Origin: a virus
Taxonomy: Duplodnaviria; Caudoviricetes
Length of the DNA stretch: 40,024 bases
IMG/VR virus record: IMGVR_UViG_3300025451_000027
Location: 1 to 40,024 of that record
Strand: one strand, 5' to 3'
Shown one piece after another: positions 1 to 6,931 of the stretch. The notes under the pieces are model-generated. The model searched no databases. It saw only the letters and a program-made list of their open reading frames with translations, and was not told the DNA's origin. The position numbers were made by a program, and so were the translations under genes. Within the stretch, counting starts at the first letter, position 1; every line of letters begins with the position of its first letter.

Positions 1-248
1 TGCAGATCACGCTGGCGCTGAAGCGCGGCGCCAGAGGCGCGATGCTGATCGTGCCCGACGTCACCACCAAGGTGCCCGAGCCCAAGCTCGAAGCGACGAT
101 GTTGTGGGCCACGGTGGAAGGCAACCTGACGCCCGACAACCCGAAGCAGCAGAAGCTGGACCTGCGCCAGGTCGACCCCGACACCGGCGAGCTGCGCAGC
201 CTGGGCAGCGCCCCGGCCGCACCGGCTGAACTTCGCACGGCGGGCTGA
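1..248 (+). CDS. Phage hypothetical protein, 5'-truncated by window edge
   Basis: ORF ending ...GNLTPDNPKQQKLDLRQV..., resembles the small gene usually found upstream of DUF2303. Confidence 0.55.
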   Translation, partial: QITLALKRGARGAMLIVPDVTTKVPEPKLEATMLWATVEGNLTPDNPKQQKLDLRQVDPDTGELRSLGSAPAAPAELRTAG

Positions 249-249
249 C

Positions 250-1167
250 ATGGCCTCGTCGTTCGGCACCCCCCAACCCCAACAGCCCGCAGCGGCCAAG
301 CCCATCATCATGGAAACCAAAAACATTGCCGAGACGTTGGCTGACGTGCTGCCCAAGGTCAGCATCATCGGCGGCATCGATCCGACCACCGCCTTGCAAG
401 TGACGCTGGCCGCCGTGCCCAAGGGCCACGAGCTGCGCGAGGTGGACCTGGAGCGCCTGCTGCCCGCGCCGCGCCGCGCGGTGCTGGGCGTCAGCCTGGC
501 GCAGCCCGAGAGCTTCATCGACTACCTGACCCGCCACGCCAGCCCGGCCACGGTGGTGTGGTGCGACTTCAACCCGCAGACGCACCAGCTGGCCTTCGAG
601 GCGGTGTTCGACGACCTGGGCGCCAAGCAGGTGCCCGGTTGGCGCGGCCACCGCGCGCGCTATGCGCCCGAGCACAGCGCCGAGTGGAAGGTTTGGACCC
701 GAGCCAACGGCATGGACAAGGCACAGGCGCAGCTGGACTTCGCGATGTTTCTGGAGCGCAACGAGAGCGACATCGCAGCGGTTGAAGGCATGCCGACCAG
801 CGCCCAGATGATGCAGATGGCCACGGCCTTCGAGGCCAACAGCGACAAGCGGGTGAAGAGCATCGTCAAGATCCAGGGCGGCGGCACGCGGCTGGACTTC
901 ATCGACGACAACAACGCCGAGACCGAAGCGAACATGAAGCTGTTCGAGAAGTTCGCGATCGGCGTGCCGGTGTTCTGGGCCGGCCCGAGCTACCGCGTGG
1001 ATGCCAGGCTGCGCTACCGCCACGCCAGCGGCAAGGTGGCGTTCTGGTACGAGCTGATCCGCGCCGATCGGGTGCATGAAGCCGCGGCCAAGGAACTGAT
1101 CGAGAAGATCCGCACCGGACTGCCCGAGGGCGTGCCGCTGCTGATGGGCACCACCGCCAAGGCCTGA
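250..1167 (+). CDS. DUF2303 (YfdQ-like) phage protein
   Basis: Motifs SFIDYL, WRGHRARY, SAEWKVW, QLDFAMFLE, ARLRYR, FWYEL. Confidence 0.8.
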   Translation: MASSFGTPQPQQPAAAKPIIMETKNIAETLADVLPKVSIIGGIDPTTALQVTLAAVPKGHELREVDLERLLPAPRRAVLGVSLAQPESFIDYLTRHASPATVVWCDFNPQTHQLAFEAVFDDLGAKQVPGWRGHRARYAPEHSAEWKVWTRANGMDKAQAQLDFAMFLERNESDIAAVEGMPTSAQMMQMATAFEANSDKRVKSIVKIQGGGTRLDFIDDNNAETEANMKLFEKFAIGVPVFWAGPSYRVDARLRYRHASGKVAFWYELIRADRVHEAAAKELIEKIRTGLPEGVPLLMGTTAKA

Positions 1168-1176
1168 GCGACCGCC

Positions 1177-1422
1177 ATGCGCACCGAGACGATCACCTGG
1201 AATGAATTGCCGGCCGACGGCGTGCCGGATGCCGACACGACTGTGCTGGTTGCGTTCAAGTTCAACGACGAGCCGGCCGTCGACACATCCGCCATCGACA
1301 CCTGGCCAGCTTGGTGGAGCGGCGAGCACTGGATGGACGCTGCTACGGGTGATCGCATGGAGCGCTGGGGCGACTGCAAGGTGGTGGCCTGGGCTGACAT
1401 GCCGGCGGGTGGCGCGGCATGA
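1177..1422 (+). CDS. Phage hypothetical protein (DUF551-like, W-rich)
   Basis: 81 aa, TW..LP...PD..VLV ... VVAWADMP pattern; coupled to the next gene. Confidence 0.6.
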   Translation: MRTETITWNELPADGVPDADTTVLVAFKFNDEPAVDTSAIDTWPAWWSGEHWMDAATGDRMERWGDCKVVAWADMPAGGAA

Positions 1423-2333
1423 TCGCCATCGACCTGTTTGCCGGTGCCGGCGGTTTCAGCACCGGCGCCGCCTCAGCGGGCTGCACGGTGGCTTGGGCCG
1501 CCAACCACTGGCCCGCCGCGGTGGAATGGCACAGCGCAAACCACCCGACCACGCTGCATGCCTGCCAGGATCTGCAACAGGCCGACTTCACGGATGCGCC
1601 GCAGCACGATCTGCTGCTGGCCTCGCCGGCCTGCCAGGGCCACAGCCGCGCCCGCGGCGCCGAGCGCGCGCACCATGACGGTCAGCGCGCGACAGCCTGG
1701 GCAGTGATCACCTGCGCCGAGGTGCACCGGCCTGCTTTCGCGCTGGTCGAGAACGTGCCCGAGTTCGCCGCGTGGGCGCTCTACCCGGCGTGGTGCGCAG
1801 CGTGGCGCGCGCTGGGCTATGCCCTGGCGCCGCAGATCATCGACGCCGCCGACCATGGTGTGCCGCAGAACCGGCGGCGCCTGTTCATCGTGGCCAGCAG
1901 AAGCAAGCACCCGGCGGCGCTGGATCTGCAGCCGCGCGAGCACCGGCCAGCGGCCGAGGTGATCGACTTCAACGCCGGCCGGTGGTCGATGGTAGACAAG
2001 CCCGGCCGCAGCGCCCGCACCCTGTCTCGCGTGGCCGCCGGCCGGCGCCAACACGGCGCGCGCTTCGTAGCGCCCTACTACGGCAGCGGCAGCGGCGAGA
2101 CCGGCCGCAGCCTGGCCCGGCCGCTGGGCACGATCACCACGCGCGACCGCTGGGCCGTGATCGACGGCGACCGGTTGCGCATGCTGTCGGCCGACGAGTG
2201 CCGGGCGGCGATGGGCTTCCCGGCCGGCTACAGGCTGCCCGCGCAGCATCACCAGGCCGTGCATCTGCTTGGCAATGCGGTTTGCCCACCGGTGGCCGCC
2301 GACATCATCAACGCGCTGAGGGCTGCAGCATGA
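1419..2333 (+). CDS. DNA cytosine-5 methyltransferase
   Basis: Motif I DLFAGAGG, motif IV ASPACQGHS, motif VI ENV, motif VIII PQNRRRLF, motif X GNAV. Confidence 0.9.
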   Translation: MIAIDLFAGAGGFSTGAASAGCTVAWAANHWPAAVEWHSANHPTTLHACQDLQQADFTDAPQHDLLLASPACQGHSRARGAERAHHDGQRATAWAVITCAEVHRPAFALVENVPEFAAWALYPAWCAAWRALGYALAPQIIDAADHGVPQNRRRLFIVASRSKHPAALDLQPREHRPAAEVIDFNAGRWSMVDKPGRSARTLSRVAAGRRQHGARFVAPYYGSGSGETGRSLARPLGTITTRDRWAVIDGDRLRMLSADECRAAMGFPAGYRLPAQHHQAVHLLGNAVCPPVAADIINALRAAA

Positions 2334-2776
2334 GCCGCCACCGCAAGGCTCAGCCCGAGCTGCGCCCGGTCTACGCGCAGCCCAAGCTAGACCGGCGCGA
2401 CCGTGCCGCGGCGCGGGCCTTTCGCGAAGCCGCCTTCACCGGCGCCCGCCACCGCCCCGCGCCCGGCGACTTCGACCCGCTGCATCTGCGCCAGGGCATG
2501 CGTGCAAACGAGGTGCAGCAGCGCGCCGGCTGGGTGGTCAGCAATCCGCTGCTCGATCAGACCCTGGTGCGCAATCCAGGCCTTGACGCGAGCCTGCCAG
2601 GCTATGGCTGGCTGCGCATGGTCTACCGCTCGCGCTTCTGCGACCTGGTGTGCTTGCCGGGAACGCTGGCCGCGATCGAAAAGCAGGTTCCGGCCGAGAG
2701 GTCGGCCGCGATGCCTGCGCCTGCTGCGAGTGCAGTGACCGCAGTCGAGGTTGATCAGATGGAGATGTTTGCATGA
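2330..2776 (+). CDS. Hypothetical protein
   Basis: ATGA overlap with the MTase stop; MSRHRKAQ...QMEMFA. Confidence 0.55.
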   Translation: MSRHRKAQPELRPVYAQPKLDRRDRAAARAFREAAFTGARHRPAPGDFDPLHLRQGMRANEVQQRAGWVVSNPLLDQTLVRNPGLDASLPGYGWLRMVYRSRFCDLVCLPGTLAAIEKQVPAERSAAMPAPAASAVTAVEVDQMEMFA

Positions 2777-2828
2777 GCACCGGCCACATCACCTACCCAG
2801 CAGGATCCCTGGTGCGCGCGTCGGAGAT
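2773..2828 (+). pseudogene. N-terminus of an ORF (MSTGHITYPAGSLVRASEI) interrupted by the junction
   Basis: ATGA-coupled start at 2773; the sequence switches to the attC body at 2829. Confidence 0.45.
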
Positions 2829-2883
2829 CGTTGCCGGTAACCGGCTTGCCGAAGGCAAGTCCGGGTTGACCGGCCTGTTGGGC
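2829..2883 (-). other. attC A2, copy truncated at the crossover point
   Basis: Same as 39862-39916 but the CCATAA part is replaced by GGAGAT. Confidence 0.8.
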
Positions 2884-2991
2884 GGCCCTACCCGAAGCGA
2901 AAAGGACTGAGCATGAAGGACGAACTGCTGGTGCGTGCTGCACAGGCCAACGGCCACGCCTACCCGTGGACGATGCCGAACGGCTTTGGCG
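2829..2991 (+). repeat. Direct repeat copy 1 (163 bp; copy 2 at 39862-40024)
   Basis: Identical except G2864 vs A39897. Confidence 0.95.
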
Positions 2992-3272
2992 AGCGGCCGT
3001 GGAACCCGCTGACCAACAACGAGGACGCCTTGGTGCTGGCGGTGCGCATCGGGCTGCAGGTGACCGCGTACCCGATGTATGACGAGCCGAAGCATTCGGT
3101 GATCGTGCGCAAGCCGGTATGGGACCACGATGCGCAGGAAGGCGATGGCGTGGAAGTTGTCGAGCCCTACGGCACCGATGCGCTGGCGGCCACGCGCCGC
3201 GCCATCACGATGTGTGCTGCTGAGCTGGCACGCCGCAAGACGCCCAACGTCAATGGTGAGGCGACCACGTAG
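2913..3272 (+). CDS. Cassette gene, phage hypothetical protein
   Basis: WNPL....DAL.LAV.. and ATRRAI..AAE motifs common in phage accessory proteins; reads into the attC (NVNGEATT). Confidence 0.75.
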   Translation: MKDELLVRAAQANGHAYPWTMPNGFGERPWNPLTNNEDALVLAVRIGLQVTAYPMYDEPKHSVIVRKPVWDHDAQEGDGVEVVEPYGTDALAATRRAITMCAAELARRKTPNVNGEATT

Positions 3273-3343
3273 GCGCGCGCCGAGTTGTCCGGAAATCCCG
3301 GACGACTCACGCCGGAGTGGGTCGCCTCGACCTGGAGTTGGGC
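3242..3343 (-). other. attC A3 (102 bp, same as B2)
   Basis: GCCCAAC...GTTGGGC; stem GGTGAGGCGACC/GGTCGCCTCGACC with extra base; nested hairpin in the loop. Confidence 0.85.
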
Positions 3344-3367
3344 TGGTTCCGAAGCGAAGGAAAGACG

Positions 3368-3598
3368 ATGAGCGACTTTTACAACCCGCACGAAGACCGC
3401 ACGGCGCGCAAGGCTCACCGCTGCACCTACTGCGCCGAGCAGATTGCGGTTTGCGAACACTATGTGCACCAGACCGGCGTGTATGACGGCAAGTGGTACA
3501 CGAACAAGATGCACCCGGAGTGCTTCAAAGAGCTGTGCGACGAGGGAGAAGGTGAATTCACACCGTACAGCAACGAGCGGCCGAAGGCCGACGCCTAA
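3368..3598 (+). CDS. Cassette gene, small Cys/His (Zn-binding) protein
   Basis: ARKAHRCTYC...HPEC motif; stop TAA is part of GCCTAAC. Confidence 0.75.
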   Translation: MSDFYNPHEDRTARKAHRCTYCAEQIAVCEHYVHQTGVYDGKWYTNKMHPECFKELCDEGEGEFTPYSNERPKADA

Positions 3599-3694
3599 CG
3601 CTAGGTTAACCGGCCCGAAACGGCCCGAACAGGAGTATGCAAATGGAACAGACTAGCCCGGCCGTTTTGGGTCCGGTTGAACCGACAGTTATGC
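3593..3694 (-). other. attC A4 (102 bp; RBS and ATG of the next gene in its loop)
   Basis: GCCTAAC-6nt-GTTAACCGGCCC...GGGTCCGGTTGAAC-5nt-GTTATGC. Confidence 0.8.
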
Positions 3695-3993
3695 AGCACA
3701 CGCCGGGGCCGTGGAAGGCTAGTGTTTGCAACTCTGAGCGCTACAGCTACACCGTGGACGCGGCCGGGCCGTGGCCTTACAACCATGTTGCGCTGATACC
3801 TGAAATGTACGGGCCGCACTGCCTGACGCCTGGCGCACATGCTGCCAACGTGCGCTTGATCGAGGCCGCCCCTGACTTGCTGGCTGCGTGCCTGGCCCTG
3901 AAGGTCGCTGGCCCGCTTGGGCAGCGCGAATGGAACGCCGCTGCGGACATGATGGACGCGGCGATTGCCAAGGCTGTTGCAGGTGCTGCATAA
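3637..3993 (+). CDS. Cassette gene, phage hypothetical (HTPGPW...ANARLIAAAPDLL type)
   Basis: HTPGPW and ANVRLIEAAPDLL motifs; AGGAG RBS inside the attC. Confidence 0.75.
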   Translation: MQMEQTSPAVLGPVEPTVMQHTPGPWKASVCNSERYSYTVDAAGPWPYNHVALIPEMYGPHCLTPGAHAANVRLIEAAPDLLAACLALKVAGPLGQREWNAAADMMDAAIAKAVAGAA

Positions 3994-4047
3994 CCAATAA
4001 GTTAACCGGCGCCCGAATGGGCGTCCGAGTTGAACTGGCGGTTAGGC
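3988..4047 (-). other. attC A5 (60 bp, same as B6)
   Basis: GCATAAC CAATAA GTTAACCGGCGCCCGAATGGGCGTCCGAGTTGAAC TGGCG GTTAGGC. Confidence 0.9.
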
Positions 4048-4075
4048 GTGTGGGTGAGAAACAAGGAGAACGACG

Positions 4076-4321
4076 ATGGAAAAGTTTGAAGCGCTGAAGA
4101 AGGCCAAGGCATCGGAGCGGCATTACCCGTCCGACTACTGGGGCAACAACGACCCACGCTGCCCGCACTGCGGCCAGGAGTGCAAGGTGGCCGACAACGA
4201 GTGGTGGGAGCTGTACGAAGAAGGCGAGCACGAGGTTTCGTGCCCGCACTGCGACGGCGATTTCAGCGTGAGCACGAGGGTTAGCTACAGCTTTAGCACC
4301 GATGAGCAAGAAGACGCCTAA
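4076..4321 (+). CDS. Cassette gene, zinc-ribbon protein
   Basis: Two CPHC motifs; AAGGAG RBS; stop in GCCTAAC. Confidence 0.75.
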   Translation: MEKFEALKKAKASERHYPSDYWGNNDPRCPHCGQECKVADNEWWELYEEGEHEVSCPHCDGDFSVSTRVSYSFSTDEQEDA

Positions 4322-4388
4322 CGTTCGAGCTAACCGGACCGTGGAGGCCGAAGGCCGGAACGGGTCCGAGTTGAGCGAGTAGTTAGCC
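4316..4388 (-). other. attC A6 (73 bp)
   Basis: On the minus strand GGCTAAC TACTC GCTCAACTCGGAC...GTCCGGTTAGC TCGAAC GTTAGGC. Confidence 0.9.
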
Positions 4389-4416
4389 CGCCGCAACGAG
4401 AAGCGAGAGGACAGTG

Positions 4417-4851
4417 ATGAGCAAGGGATTCGCAGCGATTGCGCTGCACCAGCCGAAAGACCCGCTGAACGTGGGTGAGGTGCTGCGCGCTGCCGGGTGC
4501 TACGGCGCCGCGATGGTGGCCGCCAGTGGCGTGCGCTACCACCGCGCCCGTACCGACACGCAAGCGGCGCACCGACACCTGCCGCTGCTGACGTGCGACG
4601 ACTTGCGCGCCATGATCCCGCACGGGGCGGTTCCGGTGGCGGTTGACTTGATCGAAGGCGCGCAGGCCCTGCCTGGCTACAAGCACCCGCGCAGCGCGTT
4701 CTACGTGTTCGGACCCGAGGACGGCACGCTAGGACCCGAGGTGCTGGCCTGGTGCCGTGATGTGGTGTACGTGCCGACGCGCCACTGCATGAACTTGGCC
4801 GCCACGGTGAATGTGGTGCTTTACGACCGCGCCGCGAAACAAGCGGGCTAA
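4417..4851 (+). CDS. Cassette gene, SpoU/TrmH-family (SPOUT) RNA methyltransferase
   Basis: PKDPLNVGEVLRAAGCYG, YVFGPEDGTL, YVPTRHCMNLAATVNVVLYDR. Confidence 0.85.
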   Translation: MSKGFAAIALHQPKDPLNVGEVLRAAGCYGAAMVAASGVRYHRARTDTQAAHRHLPLLTCDDLRAMIPHGAVPVAVDLIEGAQALPGYKHPRSAFYVFGPEDGTLGPEVLAWCRDVVYVPTRHCMNLAATVNVVLYDRAAKQAG

Positions 4852-4947
4852 CGTCGAAGGTAACGCGCCTGGCGCGGCGCAAAAGACGCCAAATGAATAA
4901 CGGAAGCTCGCTCGCCGCGACAGGTCGCGTTGACCGCAGCTTTGCCG
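4846..4947 (-). other. attC A7, degenerate (R'' box damaged)
   Basis: GGCTAAC-6nt-GGTAACGCGCCTG...CAGGTCGCGTTGACC-5nt-TTTGCCG instead of GTTRRRY. Confidence 0.6.
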
Positions 4948-5160
4948 TTGCATGGCGGCCCGAGCCTGCTGCGATGGCATTACGACGATGACCGCAAGCC
5001 GACCAGCGTGCAGATCGGCGCGGACTACAACCACCTGCACGACACGCACTTCAGCAGCTACGCCACCGCCGATGACGCTTACGAGGTATTTGCTGACGCC
5101 GAGCGACTGTTTAACCACCTGGCAGAGATGGTGGCTACGGAGGCTGTTGGTGCTGCCTAA
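4930..5160 (+). pseudogene. Cassette gene, probably 5'-truncated
   Basis: No good start or RBS; stop TAA in GCCTAAC. Confidence 0.45.
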
Positions 5161-5177
5161 CGTGCTTTAGACAACAT
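5155..5177 (-). other. Putative attI-like entry site of array A
   Basis: Minus strand ...TGTCTAAAGCAC/GTTAGGC: core site with no palindromic partner, at the array boundary. Confidence 0.45.
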
Positions 5178-5210
5178 CAGAAGACTTTAAGCAATGCACA
5201 AGGGCAACCC

Positions 5211-5441
5211 ATGAACACCGACGAATTCGAGGAACGCATGACGCGCCTTGTCATTGCCCCAAAGGGTGAGCCGATCTTTAGCGAGCAGGCGACAACCGTT
5301 GAAATAGACGACGAGTCAGGCGGCGAGTTCGTCGTGATTTCCCAGCATCTTGGCGATTACGGGAAGATCGCCATTGGTCCGACCGAGTGGCCCGCGATCC
5401 GCGCTGCCGTGGAAAAGATGATTGGACTTTGCCGTTCGTGA
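5211..5441 (+). CDS. Phage hypothetical protein
   Basis: 76 aa, PKGEPIFSE..T.VEI.DE.GGEFV motif. Confidence 0.65.
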   Translation: MNTDEFEERMTRLVIAPKGEPIFSEQATTVEIDDESGGEFVVISQHLGDYGKIAIGPTEWPAIRAAVEKMIGLCRS

Positions 5442-5459
5442 GAAAGACTAGGTGATCGA

Positions 5460-5684
5460 ATGACAGAAACCAGAACCATCACATTCCGCGTGTTCAGGAG
5501 CCCCAGCGGCGAACCTACATGCTGCGCCGATGCACTGACGGGCGCTCACTGCAAGTTTCTTGGCGCCAAAGAATTTGGCCTCGTTCCGGTCTGCATGGCA
5601 GTCGGTGAAGATTTGTACCGTACTAGCGATGCTGGGTGGCTTGTTCCGCACGATGACTGCCCGATGTGGGCTGGACGGCCATGA
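5460..5684 (+). CDS. Cys-rich hypothetical protein
   Basis: ATG start, ATGA-coupled to the next gene. Confidence 0.5.
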   Translation: MTETRTITFRVFRSPSGEPTCCADALTGAHCKFLGAKEFGLVPVCMAVGEDLYRTSDAGWLVPHDDCPMWAGRP

Positions 5685-5977
5685 GCATCAACCGCTACGC
5701 CGCGCGCACTGACGCTAACAAAGCCGCCATCGTTGCTGCCTTCATTGATGAGGGCTGCAGCGTGTACGACCTTCGCCAGCCGGTGGATTTGCTGGTGGGC
5801 ATCAATTTGATGACTATGCTCGTTGAGTGCAAGGATGGATCGAAGCCGCCCAGCGCAAGAAAGCACACCCCAGCTCAAGCCAAGTTCATGAGCACCTGGC
5901 GCGGCGGCCCTGTGGCAACCGTGACCGATGTTGAAGGCGCCCGGAGAGTGGCGCGAATGATGAAAGGACACGAATGA
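5681..5977 (+). CDS. PD-(D/E)XK / VRR-NUC-like nuclease
   Basis: DAN..IV ... PVDLLVG ... LVECKDG ... TPAQAKF..W pattern. Confidence 0.7.
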   Translation: MSINRYAARTDANKAAIVAAFIDEGCSVYDLRQPVDLLVGINLMTMLVECKDGSKPPSARKHTPAQAKFMSTWRGGPVATVTDVEGARRVARMMKGHE

Positions 5978-6378
5978 GCAAAGCACCGCCAGACTTCAGC
6001 TACATCAAGCCCGAGCACCGCGCCATTGATGGCCGTCTAGTCAATTGGGCCAGGTGCGTCAGGACTTATCCACTTTCTCGCACTCACCCAATGTTCAGCC
6101 AATACCGAAGCTCTGAGCGATGGGACGAGTTGAGCGCGTCAATCCCAGCGGATCAGGTGGACGGGCTGGTGATCGAGCGGGCAGTGGCGCAGATCGACAA
6201 CGACCCGCGCGAGGCGCTGAGGTGGTTCTATGTCTACGGTGGTTCGCCCAACAAGGCCGCAAAGTACATCAAGTGCAGCGCTCACGGCCTGGCCGAGCTT
6301 CTGCACCAAGGCCGCGATCTGTTGCAAAAGCGCACTAGCTCACGCAATGAGCTTGCACTAGCTCACAACATGAGCTAG
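5974..6378 (+). CDS. Putative late-gene antiterminator/activator (Q-like)
   Basis: RL.NWARC N-terminus, C-terminal sigma4-like HTH; sits directly before a promoter-terminator and the terminase genes. Confidence 0.6.
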   Translation: MSKAPPDFSYIKPEHRAIDGRLVNWARCVRTYPLSRTHPMFSQYRSSERWDELSASIPADQVDGLVIERAVAQIDNDPREALRWFYVYGGSPNKAAKYIKCSAHGLAELLHQGRDLLQKRTSSRNELALAHNMS

Positions 6379-6381
6379 TAT
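6332..6381 (+). promoter_or_regulatory. Putative late promoter with two palindromic boxes
   Basis: TTGCAC(6353)-17nt-TAGTAT(6376); two AGCTCA-N5-TGAGCT palindromes. Confidence 0.55.
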
Positions 6382-6452
6382 CCCGCCCATACCGATAGCG
6401 AAGACGCGCCCGGACCGCCACAAGGGGATAACTGCCCCAGGCGAACGCACAC

Positions 6453-6476
6453 AGCCACCCATGCGGTGGCTTTTTT
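6453..6476 (+). terminator. Intrinsic terminator (tR'-like)
   Basis: AGCCACC-CATGC-GGTGGCT followed by a T run. Confidence 0.7.
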
Positions 6477-6514
6477 CATTGGAGCCAGCGACCCGGAAAC
6501 GGACTGGTTAGACG

Positions 6515-6931
6515 ATGTACAGCCAAGCAATAGCCGATCAGGTGTGCGAGCTGCTGGCAGATGGCTTGAGTCTGCGCAAAGCAGCAGAGCGATCCGGCAC
6601 AACGCATTCCGTGATCTTGGGATGGGTGAAGGACAACAAAGCCTTTTCCGACCAATACACCCGCGCGCGTGAGATCGGCTACCAGCTCTTGGCTGACGAG
6701 ATAATCGAGATCAGCGACGACAGCAGGGGCGATACCTGGGTAGATGACGACGGCAACGAGCGCACTGATACAGAGCGGGTTGCCAGGTCAAAGCTTCGGA
6801 TGGATTCGCGCAAGTGGATGCTTTCCAAGATGCTGCCGAAGCTGTATGGCGACAAGGTTGTGCATCAAGGCGATCCGGACGCGCCAGTTGTCCACAGGAT
6901 TGAGCTAGTTGACCTCGACAGCGAGGATTAA
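6515..6931 (+). CDS. terS: Terminase small subunit (Sf6-like)
   Basis: YS..IAD.VCE.LADG.SLR, QY.RARE, LADEIIEISD, RSKLR.D.RKW.LSK..PK.YGDK. Confidence 0.9.
   Translation: MYSQAIADQVCELLADGLSLRKAAERSGTTHSVILGWVKDNKAFSDQYTRAREIGYQLLADEIIEISDDSRGDTWVDDDGNERTDTERVARSKLRMDSRKWMLSKMLPKLYGDKVVHQGDPDAPVVHRIELVDLDSED

Larger units (their letters stand above)
1..2828 (+). mobile_element. Fragment of a second (pro)phage early region
   Basis: Visibly more GC-rich; overlapping ATGA-coupled phage-type ORFs (DUF2303, C5 MTase); not part of the circular 37-kb unit. Confidence 0.65.
2829..5177 (+). mobile_element. Integron-like cassette array A, distal part (genes +, attC polarity -)
   Basis: Small ORFs each separated by an RYYYAAC...GTTRRRY imperfect palindrome. 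Confidence 0.85.

Noticed and set aside
2826-2829. Sau3AI/DpnII (GATC) ligation chimera
   Set aside because: The intact copy has TAAC, not GATC, at this position, so both partners do not share the site
2829-2991. attL/attR pair of an ordinary prophage
   Set aside because: The repeat runs to the window edge, contains an attC and coding sequence, and no integrase or tRNA target is adjacent
3242-4388. Intergenic hairpins as Rho-independent terminators or REP elements
   Set aside because: No U tracts; conserved AAC/GTT cores, L-box bulge and cross-cassette end complementarity fit attC instead
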